64,000 nucleotides of DNA from Candidatus Hadarchaeota archaeon (GCA_964474885.1 CAYYWO010000002.1:96870-160869); one strand, 5' to 3'; shown: positions 10,107 to 20,309, counted from the first letter of the stretch. Translations and numbers: made by a program. The notes: generated from the sequence alone by a model not told the origin.

Positions 10107-10778
10107 ATGAGATTTTTCGGCAAGAAGGAGAAGAATGCGTTCGAGATCCTACAAGAGGCCTGCAAGAGGTTGAAGGAGATGGGTGCTGGCTGCGAGAGAT
10201 TGATCTCTGCCTTCTTCGAAGAAGGGGACCTGAAGCATGCCGAGGGGATAGGTGACGAAATAATGAACTTGGAGTCGAGAGCTGATGAAGACAGAAGGAC
10301 TTTCATCCAGAAACTGTATGACGGTGCCTTCCACCCCACCTGGCGGGGGGACCTAGTGGATCTGGCCGAAAGGCTGGACAAGGTAGCCGATTCGATCGAG
10401 GACGTCGCAAGCTTGCTACTTCTCAGGGAGAAGCTATTCCGAAAGCTCGGAGGGAAAAGAAGACAAGTCGGGAAAGGACTGAAAAAGCTTGCAAAAACCT
10501 GCACACAAACCGTTCAGGCTTTAACCGAGGCCATCGAATTTTTACGCTCAGATCTCCACAGGGCTGTGCTCAAAACTCACGAGGTCCAAGAACTCGAAAA
10601 GAAGGCCGATCTCCTCGAGAATGAGTTCAGAGCCAGCTTGGAAGCACTGGAGAGCAAGCTGGATCCTCTGAGCATAATTCAGCTGGGAGAAATTGCGCAG
10701 AAATTGGGCGAAATCTGCGATGTAGCAGAGGACACTGGTGATGTCATCTTGAGGTTCGCCTCGGGACTTAGAGGATAA
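10107..10778 (+). CDS. DUF47 / PhoU-like phosphate transport regulator
   Basis: LESRAD..RR, LD.VAD.IED and LE.KAD repeated helical motifs; adjacent to PiT. Confidence 0.85.
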   Translation: MRFFGKKEKNAFEILQEACKRLKEMGAGCERLISAFFEEGDLKHAEGIGDEIMNLESRADEDRRTFIQKLYDGAFHPTWRGDLVDLAERLDKVADSIEDVASLLLLREKLFRKLGGKRRQVGKGLKKLAKTCTQTVQALTEAIEFLRSDLHRAVLKTHEVQELEKKADLLENEFRASLEALESKLDPLSIIQLGEIAQKLGEICDVAEDTGDVILRFASGLRG

Positions 10779-11721
10779 CCAGAGAGCAAGAGAGCGAAAT
10801 CAGGAGACCTAGAAGGGGGGCAAGTACCCAGGCAACCAGAATTCTTTTGACGGTCCTTGCGCTGACCGCGGTCACTCCCTTAGACAAACCGACTCCAATC
10901 ACCGAACCGACTAGTGCCTGAGTCATGGAGACAGGAAGGCCGAACTGAACGAAGGACCAGACCGTCAGAGCAGCGGCAAACTGAGCCGGAAAGGCCGTGA
11001 ACAGATCGAGAGAAGTGACGCCCGCCCCCACTGTCAGAACCACTCTCCAGCTGAGAAGCAGGGCCCCGAGGGCCATCATCAGGCTCACTAGAAAGGCGAA
11101 CGGGATACCGGAACCTACTGCCGTCGCAAGCCCCAACAATGCTCCCCCATCGTTCGCCCCGTTGGCGTATGCCACATATGCCGAAGCAACTGGGAGGAAA
11201 ATCTTGAAAAGCTTATCCAAGCCCAGCATGCTTCGAATACGGACCAAGGCCCGACCGAATATGTTTGCCAGCAAAAAACCCAATGACAGGGAGATCCCAG
11301 GGGCTAGAATCCAGCAAACTAGCATCAGTCGAAGGACGGGAAAGTTCAGCTGTTGCACTCCCACAGTAGCCAGTGCGGCTCCAACCGTGGAGGCTATCAT
11401 GGTCTGGGTGGTGGAAACGGGCAAGCCCAACAGAATGAAGATGAAGGAGGACACAACCACCGCAAAACCTATGGGAACGACAAAAGCAGGGTGAAGTTCA
11501 AAGAAAGGGCCTCCGAGGACGAGCTTTTCGGCAACCGTTTCCTGCACCTTCCAACCTTCTAGGAGGACACCAAGGGTCAAAAAGCATGCAGCAAAGACGA
11601 GAGCTTTTCTGAGGGTGAAAAGTTTCCCGCCCACTAGCGTGGAGATCGAATTGCACGTGTCTCCGGCCCCTATGCACAGAGCTAGTGCGAGCAGAATCAG
11701 GAGAAGCATGTTTAACTTCAA
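10768..11721 (-). CDS. Inorganic phosphate transporter (PiT family)
   Basis: GAGDTCN and GANDG signature copies, GLPVSTTQ / GLPVSMTQ, many TM helices. Confidence 0.88.
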   Translation of the reverse strand: MKLNMLLLILLALALCIGAGDTCNSISTLVGGKLFTLRKALVFAACFLTLGVLLEGWKVQETVAEKLVLGGPFFELHPAFVVPIGFAVVVSSFIFILLGLPVSTTQTMIASTVGAALATVGVQQLNFPVLRLMLVCWILAPGISLSLGFLLANIFGRALVRIRSMLGLDKLFKIFLPVASAYVAYANGANDGGALLGLATAVGSGIPFAFLVSLMMALGALLLSWRVVLTVGAGVTSLDLFTAFPAQFAAALTVWSFVQFGLPVSMTQALVGSVIGVGLSKGVTAVSARTVKRILVAWVLAPLLGLLISLSCSLVIL

Positions 11722-11736
11722 ACGCTGACGCCAGAA

Positions 11737-12627
11737 ATGAACTCTGTACTGGTGGTTCTGTCATCCCTAGTACCGATCGGGTTGGGTTGGCTGATGCAAA
11801 AATTTCGCCCAGCCGACCGTTTCTTCAACATACTCAAGGTACTGTCCGTCTGGGTCATACTTCCACTGATAGCTTTCATGTACGTTGGTGGGCTGACCCC
11901 CAGAGAGATAGGTGCAAAATCGGGTTCGGTCGTTCTAGCCGCCATCGCAAGCTCAACCTGTTTTTTCGTCACAATACCTTTCACGCTGAAGCTACCGAGA
12001 GAAGAAGGTGCTGCCCTCCTTCTAAATTCCTCTTTTGGAAACGTGGGGCATCTAGGCCTCCCCATCGTGTTTCTTAAGTTCGGGCCGAGCGCCATGCCGG
12101 CTGCCGTGCTGTACTCAGTGACGGTTGCCATTCTCAATCTGTTCATGGGTACCCTCCTTCTGCATTTACTCCTCTCGACAAAACTCCGATTCATTTTCGT
12201 CCAGACTTTGACCTTCCCTGCTCTGGTCCTTCTCCTCGTTGCCGTCGGCATGGTTTATGCCGGGGCACCTGTTCCCCCCAGCATGGTTAACTTCTTCAGC
12301 TGCTGGATTTTCCCCGTCTTTGGCTTCCTGCTGTTGCTCCAAGTTGGTTACTACCTACGCTTCCCACTGGCAGGCAGATATGCACTTCACCTACCTCTCG
12401 TTGGCTCGATGAGATTCGTCCTCTCTCCCTTGACAACACTGGCCCTCGCTGAACTCCTGGGCTTGCACACTTCACCTATCTTAGGACCTGCTCTCGTGCT
12501 CTCCGCAACGCCCCCTGCCGTGTTCAACATGATCCTAGCCCAGCTGCTTGGATTGGACTCCAGACCTTACTCATTGACCTTCTTCTCATTGACGCTCGTC
12601 TCACTACCCATCCTCTGGCTCCTCTGA
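11737..12627 (+). CDS. AEC (auxin efflux carrier-like) membrane transporter
   Basis: FGNVGHLGLPI and ATPPAV motifs, about 10 TM segments. Confidence 0.8.
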   Translation: MNSVLVVLSSLVPIGLGWLMQKFRPADRFFNILKVLSVWVILPLIAFMYVGGLTPREIGAKSGSVVLAAIASSTCFFVTIPFTLKLPREEGAALLLNSSFGNVGHLGLPIVFLKFGPSAMPAAVLYSVTVAILNLFMGTLLLHLLLSTKLRFIFVQTLTFPALVLLLVAVGMVYAGAPVPPSMVNFFSCWIFPVFGFLLLLQVGYYLRFPLAGRYALHLPLVGSMRFVLSPLTTLALAELLGLHTSPILGPALVLSATPPAVFNMILAQLLGLDSRPYSLTFFSLTLVSLPILWLL

Positions 12628-14090
12628 ACTGGTACACCAACTTCTTGGAACTTCCTTCTGCCCGAGAGCAGGTCGGAGACTACGGATATCAGGTCCCCCT
12701 TTACCCTGACCTGGAGGGCTGTGTCTCTATCCCTTATTGTTACGCTACCATCCTTAAGGGAATCATAGTCTATCGTTATGCAGTAGGGCACCCCTGCCTC
12801 ATCTGCTCTCATGTACCTCCTGCCGATCGATCCTGACTCGTCGTACTCACAGTGAAAAGCTGTGCGCAACTGCCGGAAAATCTCCCTCGCTTTTTCAGGT
12901 AACCCATCCTTGGAGACAAGTGGGAGCACACAGAGCTTCACCGGTGCAAGTTGCGGCTTCAATGCAAGGACCTTTCTTCCATTCACTTTTTTGAATGAAT
13001 GCTCCAGCAGGCAATAAAAAATGCGATCTATGCCAAACGAGGGCTCAACGACGTGAGGGTAGATCTTCCTTCCATCAATAGTGACGGAGAGATCCTCCCC
13101 ACTGTGCGAGGAATGTCTGCTCAGGTCGTAATCGGTTCTGTACGCTATGCCCGCCACTTCCACCCACCCGAACTGTCGGGTTTCCACCTCCATATCCCAA
13201 GTTTCCGCTGAGTAGTGGGCCCTCTCGGCTGGAGGTTGCTCCCTGAACCTTATCCTGTCCTCCGGGATCCCTATCCGGATCAAGAACCTCTTGGCGAGAG
13301 CCATGTGGTAGGCCATCATCTCATTGCAAACTCTATCAAGCGCCTCCCCAGCTCTCAACTCTACTTCCTCCCCATTGGCACAGTGAAGTTTGAGCCATTC
13401 TCCTTTCAGCTGATCAAACGTGGGCGGTCTGGGATGCTCGGGGTCGAAGAATACTTCTACCTCCGCCATAGTGAACTCCCTTAACCTGATGAGCCCCTGC
13501 CTGGGAGATATCTCGTTCCTGTAGCCCTTCCCTACTGTTGCAACGGCCAGAGGCAGCTTCCCCCTCCCCTGCCTGAAGAGTCTCCTAAAAGCTATGAAGA
13601 TCTGCTGGGCCGTTTCCGGGCGGAGAAACCCTGCCTGCTTCATCTTGGGCCCTATGCTGGTCTGGAACATTATGTTGAAGTCTGAAAGGGTGTAGGAGTC
13701 CGAACCACAGTTAGGGCATGTGAGCTTTTTGGAGGCCAAGAACCTCTCCAGCTCCTCCCTAGACATGCCCTCAACAGACAAAGCAAAGCGATCCTTCACG
13801 AGATCCGAGAGCCTGAAGCTCTCCCCGCATGAGGAGCACGTCCACATCAGATCTGTAAAATGATTCACGTGTCCGCTCGCCTTTAAGACCTCAAATGGTA
13901 CCACAGTAGGTGTCTCGAGAAGCAGGCTACCCTCCTCCTGCACGTAGTGCTTTTTCCACTCGGAGATCAGGTTGTCCCGAAGGAGGGCACCCAACGGCCC
14001 GAAATCATAGAATCCAGCAACACCACCGTAGATCTCGAAAGATGGCCAAACAAAACCTCTGCGTTTGAGCAGCTCAAGTAGCTCTTCCAT
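12567..14090 (-). CDS. glyS: Glycyl-tRNA synthetase (archaeal/eukaryotic alpha2 type)
   Basis: IYGG..GFYDFGPLG, LRPETAQ, RNEISPRQGLIRLREFTMAE, VEPSFGIDR, GSIGRRY. Confidence 0.97.
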   Translation of the reverse strand: MEELLELLKRRGFVWPSFEIYGGVAGFYDFGPLGALLRDNLISEWKKHYVQEEGSLLLETPTVVPFEVLKASGHVNHFTDLMWTCSSCGESFRLSDLVKDRFALSVEGMSREELERFLASKKLTCPNCGSDSYTLSDFNIMFQTSIGPKMKQAGFLRPETAQQIFIAFRRLFRQGRGKLPLAVATVGKGYRNEISPRQGLIRLREFTMAEVEVFFDPEHPRPPTFDQLKGEWLKLHCANGEEVELRAGEALDRVCNEMMAYHMALAKRFLIRIGIPEDRIRFREQPPAERAHYSAETWDMEVETRQFGWVEVAGIAYRTDYDLSRHSSHSGEDLSVTIDGRKIYPHVVEPSFGIDRIFYCLLEHSFKKVNGRKVLALKPQLAPVKLCVLPLVSKDGLPEKAREIFRQLRTAFHCEYDESGSIGRRYMRADEAGVPYCITIDYDSLKDGSVTIRDRDTALQVRVKGDLISVVSDLLSGRRKFQEVGVPVQRSQRMGSETSVNEKKVNE

Positions 14091-14106
14091 TCATCCTTGA
14101 AATGAA

Positions 14107-14940
14107 CTATAGAAGAGCTTTCAACAGGTCTATATCGTAGATCATGCCAGTCAAGCGCCCCTCGGGGGTCACCACAGGCAGCTGCTCTATTTTGTGTTTC
14201 TTCATCAGTCTGGCGCATTCCGTTACAGAGGCCCCCCTAGTCACTGTGATCGCTTCCCTAGTCATCACATCGGAGATCTTCTTTTCCGGCACCCTCAGAA
14301 TCTTCTTAGTTATGTAGATCCTGTCCTCGGTATCCCACGCCCAGGTATCTCCCTCGGTCTTACCCCTCATCTGACTCATGCTGGAGCTGGTCTCGACCTC
14401 GCACACCTTTATTATATCAAAATCGTCTACTACACCAACCAGCTCCCCCCGCTCGTTTATCACAGGAAGTGCCCTCAACCCCGCCAGAGACATTATTTCA
14501 ACTGCTGCTCCGAGAGGGGTACCCTCCCAGATGGCCATGAGGTTTTTTCTCATGAAGTCGGATACTGGTCGATCTATCTCCCGCTCACACAAAACGCGGT
14601 AGACTATATCCTTGACTGTGATCATGCCCACCAGCTTCCCTTCTTGGATCACAGGAATCCTCCTCTGCCCGTGCTCGATGATCTTCCTGACGCAGGCTTC
14701 CAGCTCCTCGTCCGGTGAAACCGTTTGGACTTCCCTCTCCACCAGCATGGCCAACTGCTCCTCGTCCGGTTTTTCGAAGAGATCCCGGAGGGACACCATG
14801 CCAACGAACTCCCCCGATTCACTCCTTACCACTGGGATGGCGCTTACGTTCAGCGTTTTGAGCAGATCGAGGGCCTCCTCCCTAGTTCCAGGGAGCTCTG
14901 CCCATTTGACATTGCTCGTCATGACCTCACAAACCTTCAT
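14107..14940 (-). CDS. Four-CBS-domain protein
   Basis: Repeated PVV...GM/I...D CBS motifs. Confidence 0.88.
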   Translation of the reverse strand: MKVCEVMTSNVKWAELPGTREEALDLLKTLNVSAIPVVRSESGEFVGMVSLRDLFEKPDEEQLAMLVEREVQTVSPDEELEACVRKIIEHGQRRIPVIQEGKLVGMITVKDIVYRVLCEREIDRPVSDFMRKNLMAIWEGTPLGAAVEIMSLAGLRALPVINERGELVGVVDDFDIIKVCEVETSSSMSQMRGKTEGDTWAWDTEDRIYITKKILRVPEKKISDVMTREAITVTRGASVTECARLMKKHKIEQLPVVTPEGRLTGMIYDIDLLKALL

Positions 14941-14986
14941 CTTGAATAGTAACGGGAGCCCTTTTTATTGCATTGAAAAGATTTTT

Positions 14987-15649
14987 ATGCGACTGGATCC
15001 CAAAGTAACCCAAAAATTCCCCGGCTTCTGCGTAGGTTACGGGCATGTGAGTGGGGTGACAGTGGAGAAGGAGGTCCAGCCCCTCCTTGAGAAGAGGCAG
15101 GAAATATGCACCGAAATCAAGCGGAAGTACGGGGAGGTCGAGGTATCCCAAATACCCGAGATAAGGCTCCACAGGGACTTCTTCAAGGCGATGGGAGTAG
15201 ACCCTTCCAGTTCAAGACCGGCACCGGAATACCTGCTCCGGAGGGCTCTGGAGGACAGGTTCCCCAGCATAAACAACGTCGTAGATTGTTGCCTCCTTGT
15301 CTCCCTGCAGCACATGGTCTCGACGGGGGCTTACGATCTGAAAAACGTGACCGGGCAGGTCATCACCACGCTGGCAGAGCAGGAACAGGAGCTAAGCCTC
15401 ATAGATGGAAGAAAGGCAACTGTGAAAGAGGGGGAGGTCGTGCTGAGAGACGAGAGGAAAATACTTGCGGGCATAGCCACAGGAGACAGCAAATCCGCCG
15501 CGGTCACTTACAAAACCTCCGACGTTCTGGTCGTCGTCTGGAACGCCCCCGGTATAGGCAGGGAGAAAGTGGAAAAGGCCTTGGCCGATGCGACGGCCTT
15601 CCTGAGGAAATATTGTGGCGGACACGTAGAGAAAACCTGCGTGCTCTAG
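14987..15649 (+). CDS. B3/B4 domain protein (PheRS-beta editing-like, stand-alone)
   Basis: GVDPS..RPAPEYLLRR, PSINNVVD, GAYD; ATG at 14987. Confidence 0.85.
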   Translation: MRLDPKVTQKFPGFCVGYGHVSGVTVEKEVQPLLEKRQEICTEIKRKYGEVEVSQIPEIRLHRDFFKAMGVDPSSSRPAPEYLLRRALEDRFPSINNVVDCCLLVSLQHMVSTGAYDLKNVTGQVITTLAEQEQELSLIDGRKATVKEGEVVLRDERKILAGIATGDSKSAAVTYKTSDVLVVVWNAPGIGREKVEKALADATAFLRKYCGGHVEKTCVL

Positions 15650-16119
15650 ATCCCTCGCCTGACCTTAACGGCTACCCCGTAGTCGAAGGCCTTCATCTCC
15701 TCTCCTGTCAGGACGGCGCTACCCGTTGCGATCAGCCTGTCCCTAGAATCCACGACCAACACCTCCTCGGCCGGTCTGATCTCCGGATCGGCCTCCAGAA
15801 CGTGCTTGCTGAAGACATCCCTACCCCTGCTGACGAAAGGGACTGCCTCATCCACGATCACCACCCTGAGCCTGGGGAACTTCAAGAAGGAGTGGACACG
15901 GAGCGCCCCCTCCTTTCCAAGCGTTATCAGGCTGTCGTTGGCCCTGACGGAGCACAGATGCCTGTCTTCAACCCATACTTGCCTTATCTTGCCGCCCTTC
16001 CCCTTTATCAACCTCAGTTCGCCCTGAAAGAGTACTTCGCCTACCCCCTCGCCAAATTGGTAATCTGCCATAGCCCTTAGCTTTCTCAATTCCTTCTCAG
16101 TGGGGGGAGACCCTCGCAT
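15646..16119 (-). CDS. PUA-domain RNA-binding protein (archaeosine TGT C-terminal-like)
   Basis: MADYQFG, FV..GRDVFSKHV..AD..IRP.EEVLVV, AVKVR. Confidence 0.85.
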   Translation of the reverse strand: MRGSPPTEKELRKLRAMADYQFGEGVGEVLFQGELRLIKGKGGKIRQVWVEDRHLCSVRANDSLITLGKEGALRVHSFLKFPRLRVVIVDEAVPFVSRGRDVFSKHVLEADPEIRPAEEVLVVDSRDRLIATGSAVLTGEEMKAFDYGVAVKVRRGI

Positions 16120-16870
16120 CGATGACCACATGAAAGACACCGGGTGAATACTTCTTGACCACCCTTTTCTCCAAAATTTGGACCTTTCTCTCTCCTGCTG
16201 CTTCCACGATCCTCTTCACAGGTCTCTCGAACCTAAGCCTCTCCGGGACTGTCTCATGGTAGTGGATTATGCCTCCCGAGGGCTTCAGGATCTGCATCGC
16301 GAGCGGGAGATAAACGCATGACAGGTGTAGGAGACCCATGATGACTCTGTCCGCCACGCCCAGGGGTGCGACTTTTTCGCAATCCCCTAGCAGGGGGATC
16401 ACCTTATGCCCAACCCTGTTGATGCGCACGTTCTCGCAGAGGTAGCGGTAGGCAACGGGATTCAGCTCGATGGCATAAACCTTGGAGGGGTTTGCATGCT
16501 TGGAGATGGGGATTGCGAACTGCCCCACGCCGGCGAACATATCAACCACCACCTCACCCTCCCGTACCAGTTTCGGAATCCTCATGCGCTCGTAAAGATT
16601 TCCCGTCGAGAATAGAACTTGGGACACATCCAACTTGAAGAGACAGCCGTTCTCCTTGTGGACGGTCTCCGTCCCATCGCCTGCAAGATGCTCGACAACC
16701 GGAACCCGTAGCCTGCCTTGGGTGCCCCTCCACTCGACCACGGTTTTCACGCCTGCCCTTTGGAGGATTTGCCTCGCAGCGCTTCTCTTATCGCCCGTAA
16801 ACCCCGGTGGAAAACGCAGGATCGCAACGTCCCCCAGGAGTCTGTACTTGAAATCAGGTCTTGCCGACAA
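16097..16870 (-). CDS. Trm5/Taw2-family SAM-dependent tRNA modification enzyme
   Basis: HKENG..F..D, VVDMFAGVG.F, ELNP.AY, ADRVIMG, HYHE. Confidence 0.88.
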   Translation of the reverse strand: MSARPDFKYRLLGDVAILRFPPGFTGDKRSAARQILQRAGVKTVVEWRGTQGRLRVPVVEHLAGDGTETVHKENGCLFKLDVSQVLFSTGNLYERMRIPKLVREGEVVVDMFAGVGQFAIPISKHANPSKVYAIELNPVAYRYLCENVRINRVGHKVIPLLGDCEKVAPLGVADRVIMGLLHLSCVYLPLAMQILKPSGGIIHYHETVPERLRFERPVKRIVEAAGERKVQILEKRVVKKYSPGVFHVVIDARVSPH

Positions 16871-18236
16871 GGCCCAGGGCCTTCAATACTTTTTTGAGCT
16901 GGTTGTTCACATCCCTTTGAGCCGGTTTCCTTGCGTACAAGATCTTCGCCCCAGCCATGTTCTGGTGCCCTCCTCCCCTCTCCCCGAAGACTTCTGAGAA
17001 AATCCGACCGAGATGCAAGGAAGTGTCCTTTGTCCTGCCCGAGATCCTGACCGCCCTCTCCACGATGCCTCCCACCAGAACCGTTTGGATCCCCTCTAAC
17101 TTGATGAAGAACTCCGCTACTTGGGATACGGTGTCCTCTTCCTCAACCTGACCGACCGAGGTCATGAGGCACGGCCCCACCGTTTTGGCCTTCTTCATGG
17201 CAGTTGAAAGCGACCTGAATGTCTTCCAAGAATACACGGGCGTCTCCAGAGCTGTAAGAAGCTCCCTGTCCGCCTTTTCTCTGAGCGCCGTGTACACCTC
17301 GACATCCATCGGTGTGGCGCGGGTCAGGTAACCCGTATCAGTGAGGATGCCCACCACGAGTGCGGCAGCCAGCAGGGGGTCGATGGAGATGTTCGCGAAG
17401 TTCAAACAGTTCGCCAAGAGGGTAGAGCAGGCACCCACCCTCTCGATATTGACGAGCCTCGCTGTCACCTCCGCGGACGGAACGGCATGGTGGTCTATTA
17501 TGATGGTCGGCTCCCTGTCCCTAGGGAGGGCGCAGTAAGCCCTTGAGGCGACATCCACCAATGCAATGGGCCAGAACTTGTCGAAATCTATCTCCTCCAC
17601 CCTCACCAAATCCACCCCCAGCCTGTTGCAGAGCACCCTGTTCTGGAAGTACCCGATCTCTCCGTCGTAGGCTATCACGGAGTCGTAGTCGAAGGTCTTT
17701 GCATAGGTCTTGAGAGCGATCGCGCTCGCCAAGGCATCGGGGTCGGGATTCGTATGGGTCAGAATGAGCATTTTGCCCCCAGGGTTTTCCGTCAGCAAAG
17801 TCCTCAGGTTCCGCTCAAATTGCCTTTGCTTGGCCTTTTGAAACTCCTTTACCAGCTCCGCACCTAGAGCCTGGGAGACTCCTATAACACTGCTGGCACC
17901 CATTGTTCTGAAATCCTGCTCCAGCATCTTGTCTGGCACCAAGGCCAAGATCGTTACGTCTTTCTTAAGTTCCCGCTTGAGTCTTGTCACGGTCCTGAGG
18001 ATTGACAGGGTGTCCTTTAGGTCGAAGTAAGAGATGAGCACACCATCGGCCCTTTCGATTCCAGCCTCCTGCAAGACCAGCGGATCCCTCGGATCCCCCA
18101 CTTTCACCTCCCAACCGCTCAACTCCACCACCCTTGGATTCGCATCAACTATTACCACTTCCTCCCCTTGCCCCCTGAGATATCTAGCCACCTCGTAGGA
18201 CAAGTCATTGCAACCCAGCAGAAGGTACATCATCAC
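16854..18236 (-). CDS. TrkA-N (RCK) domain fused to DHH/DHHA1 phosphoesterase
   Basis: N-terminal Rossmann (GDPRD..VL.EAGI..AD); HTNPDPDA, IIDHH, TDTG, GGGH..MAGA. Confidence 0.88.
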   Translation of the reverse strand: MMMYLLLGCNDLSYEVARYLRGQGEEVVIVDANPRVVELSGWEVKVGDPRDPLVLQEAGIERADGVLISYFDLKDTLSILRTVTRLKRELKKDVTILALVPDKMLEQDFRTMGASSVIGVSQALGAELVKEFQKAKQRQFERNLRTLLTENPGGKMLILTHTNPDPDALASAIALKTYAKTFDYDSVIAYDGEIGYFQNRVLCNRLGVDLVRVEEIDFDKFWPIALVDVASRAYCALPRDREPTIIIDHHAVPSAEVTARLVNIERVGACSTLLANCLNFANISIDPLLAAALVVGILTDTGYLTRATPMDVEVYTALREKADRELLTALETPVYSWKTFRSLSTAMKKAKTVGPCLMTSVGQVEEEDTVSQVAEFFIKLEGIQTVLVGGIVERAVRISGRTKDTSLHLGRIFSEVFGERGGGHQNMAGAKILYARKPAQRDVNNQLKKVLKALGLVGKT

Positions 18237-18251
18237 CTTATAATGTCTTAT

Positions 18252-19232
18252 TTAGGCTTGCTTGGGCAGGAGATGTTCAAAAAGTTTATTTATCAGCCAG
18301 CCTTTGGCCTCCTCAAAGGGGACTTCTCCCGTGAAGCTGGCTGCTCCAGGATGCCCGCCTCCCGTCCCGTTGAAACAGTTCGCAAGCTGGATCATGAGAT
18401 CTCCCAAGTGCAAACGTGTCTTGTCGCATACACCCGGTCTAGCCCTAGCGGAGATCTTTATCCTCTCCCCGTTCTCTGAACCCACGAATGCCAGATCAGC
18501 TCCCAGCTTGAGCAAAGCCACAGCCGCATCCGCCTCAAAAGACCCGACCTTTGAGAACAGTACGAGGTACCCTCTTATCTCCTGCATCTCCGCCCTCTTA
18601 GCAGCCTTTATCATGGCGATCCTCCTCGATATGTCCTCTGGATGCTTCGTGATCTCCAAGGCCTTCTTGTAATCCGCTCCCAGCTTGATCAGTCTGACTA
18701 TGTTCTCGAATGTCTTGTTCCTTGCGAGCCTCAAATCCGCTGTATCCGTCAAAATACCGGCCAGCAAAAGGGTTGCCTGATCCGGCGTCGGTTTGACACC
18801 CATGAGCTCAAGGAGGTCCAGCATCAACTCGGCCTCCGAGGTGGACTCCTCATCTATGAAGCAAAGCGAGGTGTGTTTCCGCATATCTGGAACTGGACGA
18901 TGATGGTCGATCATTATCACCTTCCTCCCGGCTATCCTACCACAAAGCTGAGGACCCAAGTGCTCAAGGCTCGAAGTATCAACTAGCACTATCTCATCCG
19001 CCTCGAGGGACGGGTTCACATGTATCTGCCTTCCCATTTCGGAGAGAACCTGCCCAGCAAGCTTGCTCACACTTTCACATCCCGCCCAGCTCCTCGCACC
19101 CAGCTGGCTCAGCACTTCGCTGAGCACCACCGCACTCGCAACTCCGTCCACATCTGCGTTGTCGTGACAGAGCACTACAACTCTCCGACTATTCTCTGCC
19201 AGTTGTTTGAGTCTCTGAGCAATCTCCTGCAT
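18252..19232 (-). CDS. DHH family phosphoesterase
   Basis: HDNADVD, LVDT, IDHH, LTDT, GGGHPGAA; usual neighbour of pfdB. Confidence 0.9.
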   Translation of the reverse strand: MQEIAQRLKQLAENSRRVVVLCHDNADVDGVASAVVLSEVLSQLGARSWAGCESVSKLAGQVLSEMGRQIHVNPSLEADEIVLVDTSSLEHLGPQLCGRIAGRKVIMIDHHRPVPDMRKHTSLCFIDEESTSEAELMLDLLELMGVKPTPDQATLLLAGILTDTADLRLARNKTFENIVRLIKLGADYKKALEITKHPEDISRRIAMIKAAKRAEMQEIRGYLVLFSKVGSFEADAAVALLKLGADLAFVGSENGERIKISARARPGVCDKTRLHLGDLMIQLANCFNGTGGGHPGAASFTGEVPFEEAKGWLINKLFEHLLPKQA

Positions 19233-19233
19233 T

Positions 19234-19575
19234 TCACTTCAGCATCGACCGCAACTTTTCTCTTATTTCCTGCAACCTCTCGTTCAATCTTTCCTCCTGT
19301 CTTGATAGCACCCTGATCCTGAGCTCGAGAGTCTCTTTTTCCTCTTGGAGCTCCTTCTGCACTTCTTCTTTTGGTTTGAGCAGGAACAATCTCCCTACAG
19401 CTTTGTAAACGGTTGTGCCTTCCTGCAATTTCGAGAGGGCTTCAAGGGCCTGTTCTACCTCGCTCTGTAAAGTCTGTAGCTGGATCCTCTGCGTCGCTAT
19501 CGCCCTCGCCTGCTGCTGCACCTGCTGGAACTGCTCCAGCTGGTGCCTAGCTTGGGGGGAGAGTTCCTCACCCAA
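19234..19575 (-). CDS. pfdB: Prefoldin beta subunit
   Basis: Coiled coils flanking VYKAVG. Confidence 0.93.
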   Translation of the reverse strand: MGEELSPQARHQLEQFQQVQQQARAIATQRIQLQTLQSEVEQALEALSKLQEGTTVYKAVGRLFLLKPKEEVQKELQEEKETLELRIRVLSRQEERLNERLQEIREKLRSMLK

Positions 19576-19792
19576 TCCTAATCACCTCCTCTATCATTTT
19601 CACCCATCGCAACAGAGAATTAAGCATAGCCCTCAGTTCGGAGGGGTTCCTGGCGGATATATCCAAGAGGATCCGACTCCCGCTACATGCGATCTCCCCC
19701 CTTCCCTGAAGCTCTGGGCTCAGCGCCCTGTAAACCACCTTTGCCAGTGTTTTTTCAGAAAAATCGATTTCTATCTCCGCTTTCGCGCTCAC
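19568..19792 (-). CDS. pcc1: KEOPS complex subunit Pcc1
   Basis: VYRALSPE and ELRAMLNSLLRW; GTG at 19792; synteny. Confidence 0.85.
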   Translation of the reverse strand: MSAKAEIEIDFSEKTLAKVVYRALSPELQGRGEIACSGSRILLDISARNPSELRAMLNSLLRWVKMIEEVIRIG

Positions 19793-20088
19793 TAGATTGC
19801 CCTCACGACTTTTGGTCTGAGAGGCCTCAGTTTGTATAGAGTTTTCCAACCGCAGTGGATGCAGCGGGGACTAAGCAAATCTGCCCTAGCCTCAGGACTG
19901 AAGACCACGTAGGTTCCGCACCCGCTGCACTGTTTCCATCCCTGGGATTTACCTTCCGAATCCAGGGATACCTTGGTCCCGCAAACCCGGCATTTCAGGG
20001 CACCCTGCTTTATCTCTCTCTCCGTAGGAGAGATGAGCACGTAGGTGCTTCCGCAATGCTTACACTTATATCTGCTCCACTCGAACAT
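19792..20088 (-). CDS. rpoP: RNA polymerase subunit Rpo12 (P) with two tandem zinc ribbons, 98 aa
   Basis: ATG overlaps the rpl37ae stop (TGATG); four CxxC; C-terminal LYKLRP..PKVVRAI is typical of Rpo12. Confidence 0.85.
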   Translation of the reverse strand: MFEWSRYKCKHCGSTYVLISPTEREIKQGALKCRVCGTKVSLDSEGKSQGWKQCSGCGTYVVFSPEARADLLSPRCIHCGWKTLYKLRPLRPKVVRAI

Positions 20089-20309
20089 CAAGCTGAAGGA
20101 GGTATGTAGGCTGCCCCCGCGATCTTGGCTCCACAGTACTTGCAGACCCAAATACCCGTGCTCTCTCTGACCAGACGTTTCATCCCGCATTCTGGGCACT
20201 TATGGGCGCCCTTCATTCGCTCCTCTATCTTTTGAACCTCTCTTCTGATCCGCAGCCCGTATCTGGGACCGAACCTCCCCGTGGTTCCTACCTTCTCAGT
20301 CCTGCCCAT
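20088..20309 (-). CDS. rpl37ae: 50S ribosomal protein L37Ae
   Basis: [24 protein letters not shown]. Confidence 0.97.
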   Translation of the reverse strand: MGRTEKVGTTGRFGPRYGLRIRREVQKIEERMKGAHKCPECGMKRLVRESTGIWVCKYCGAKIAGAAYIPPSA

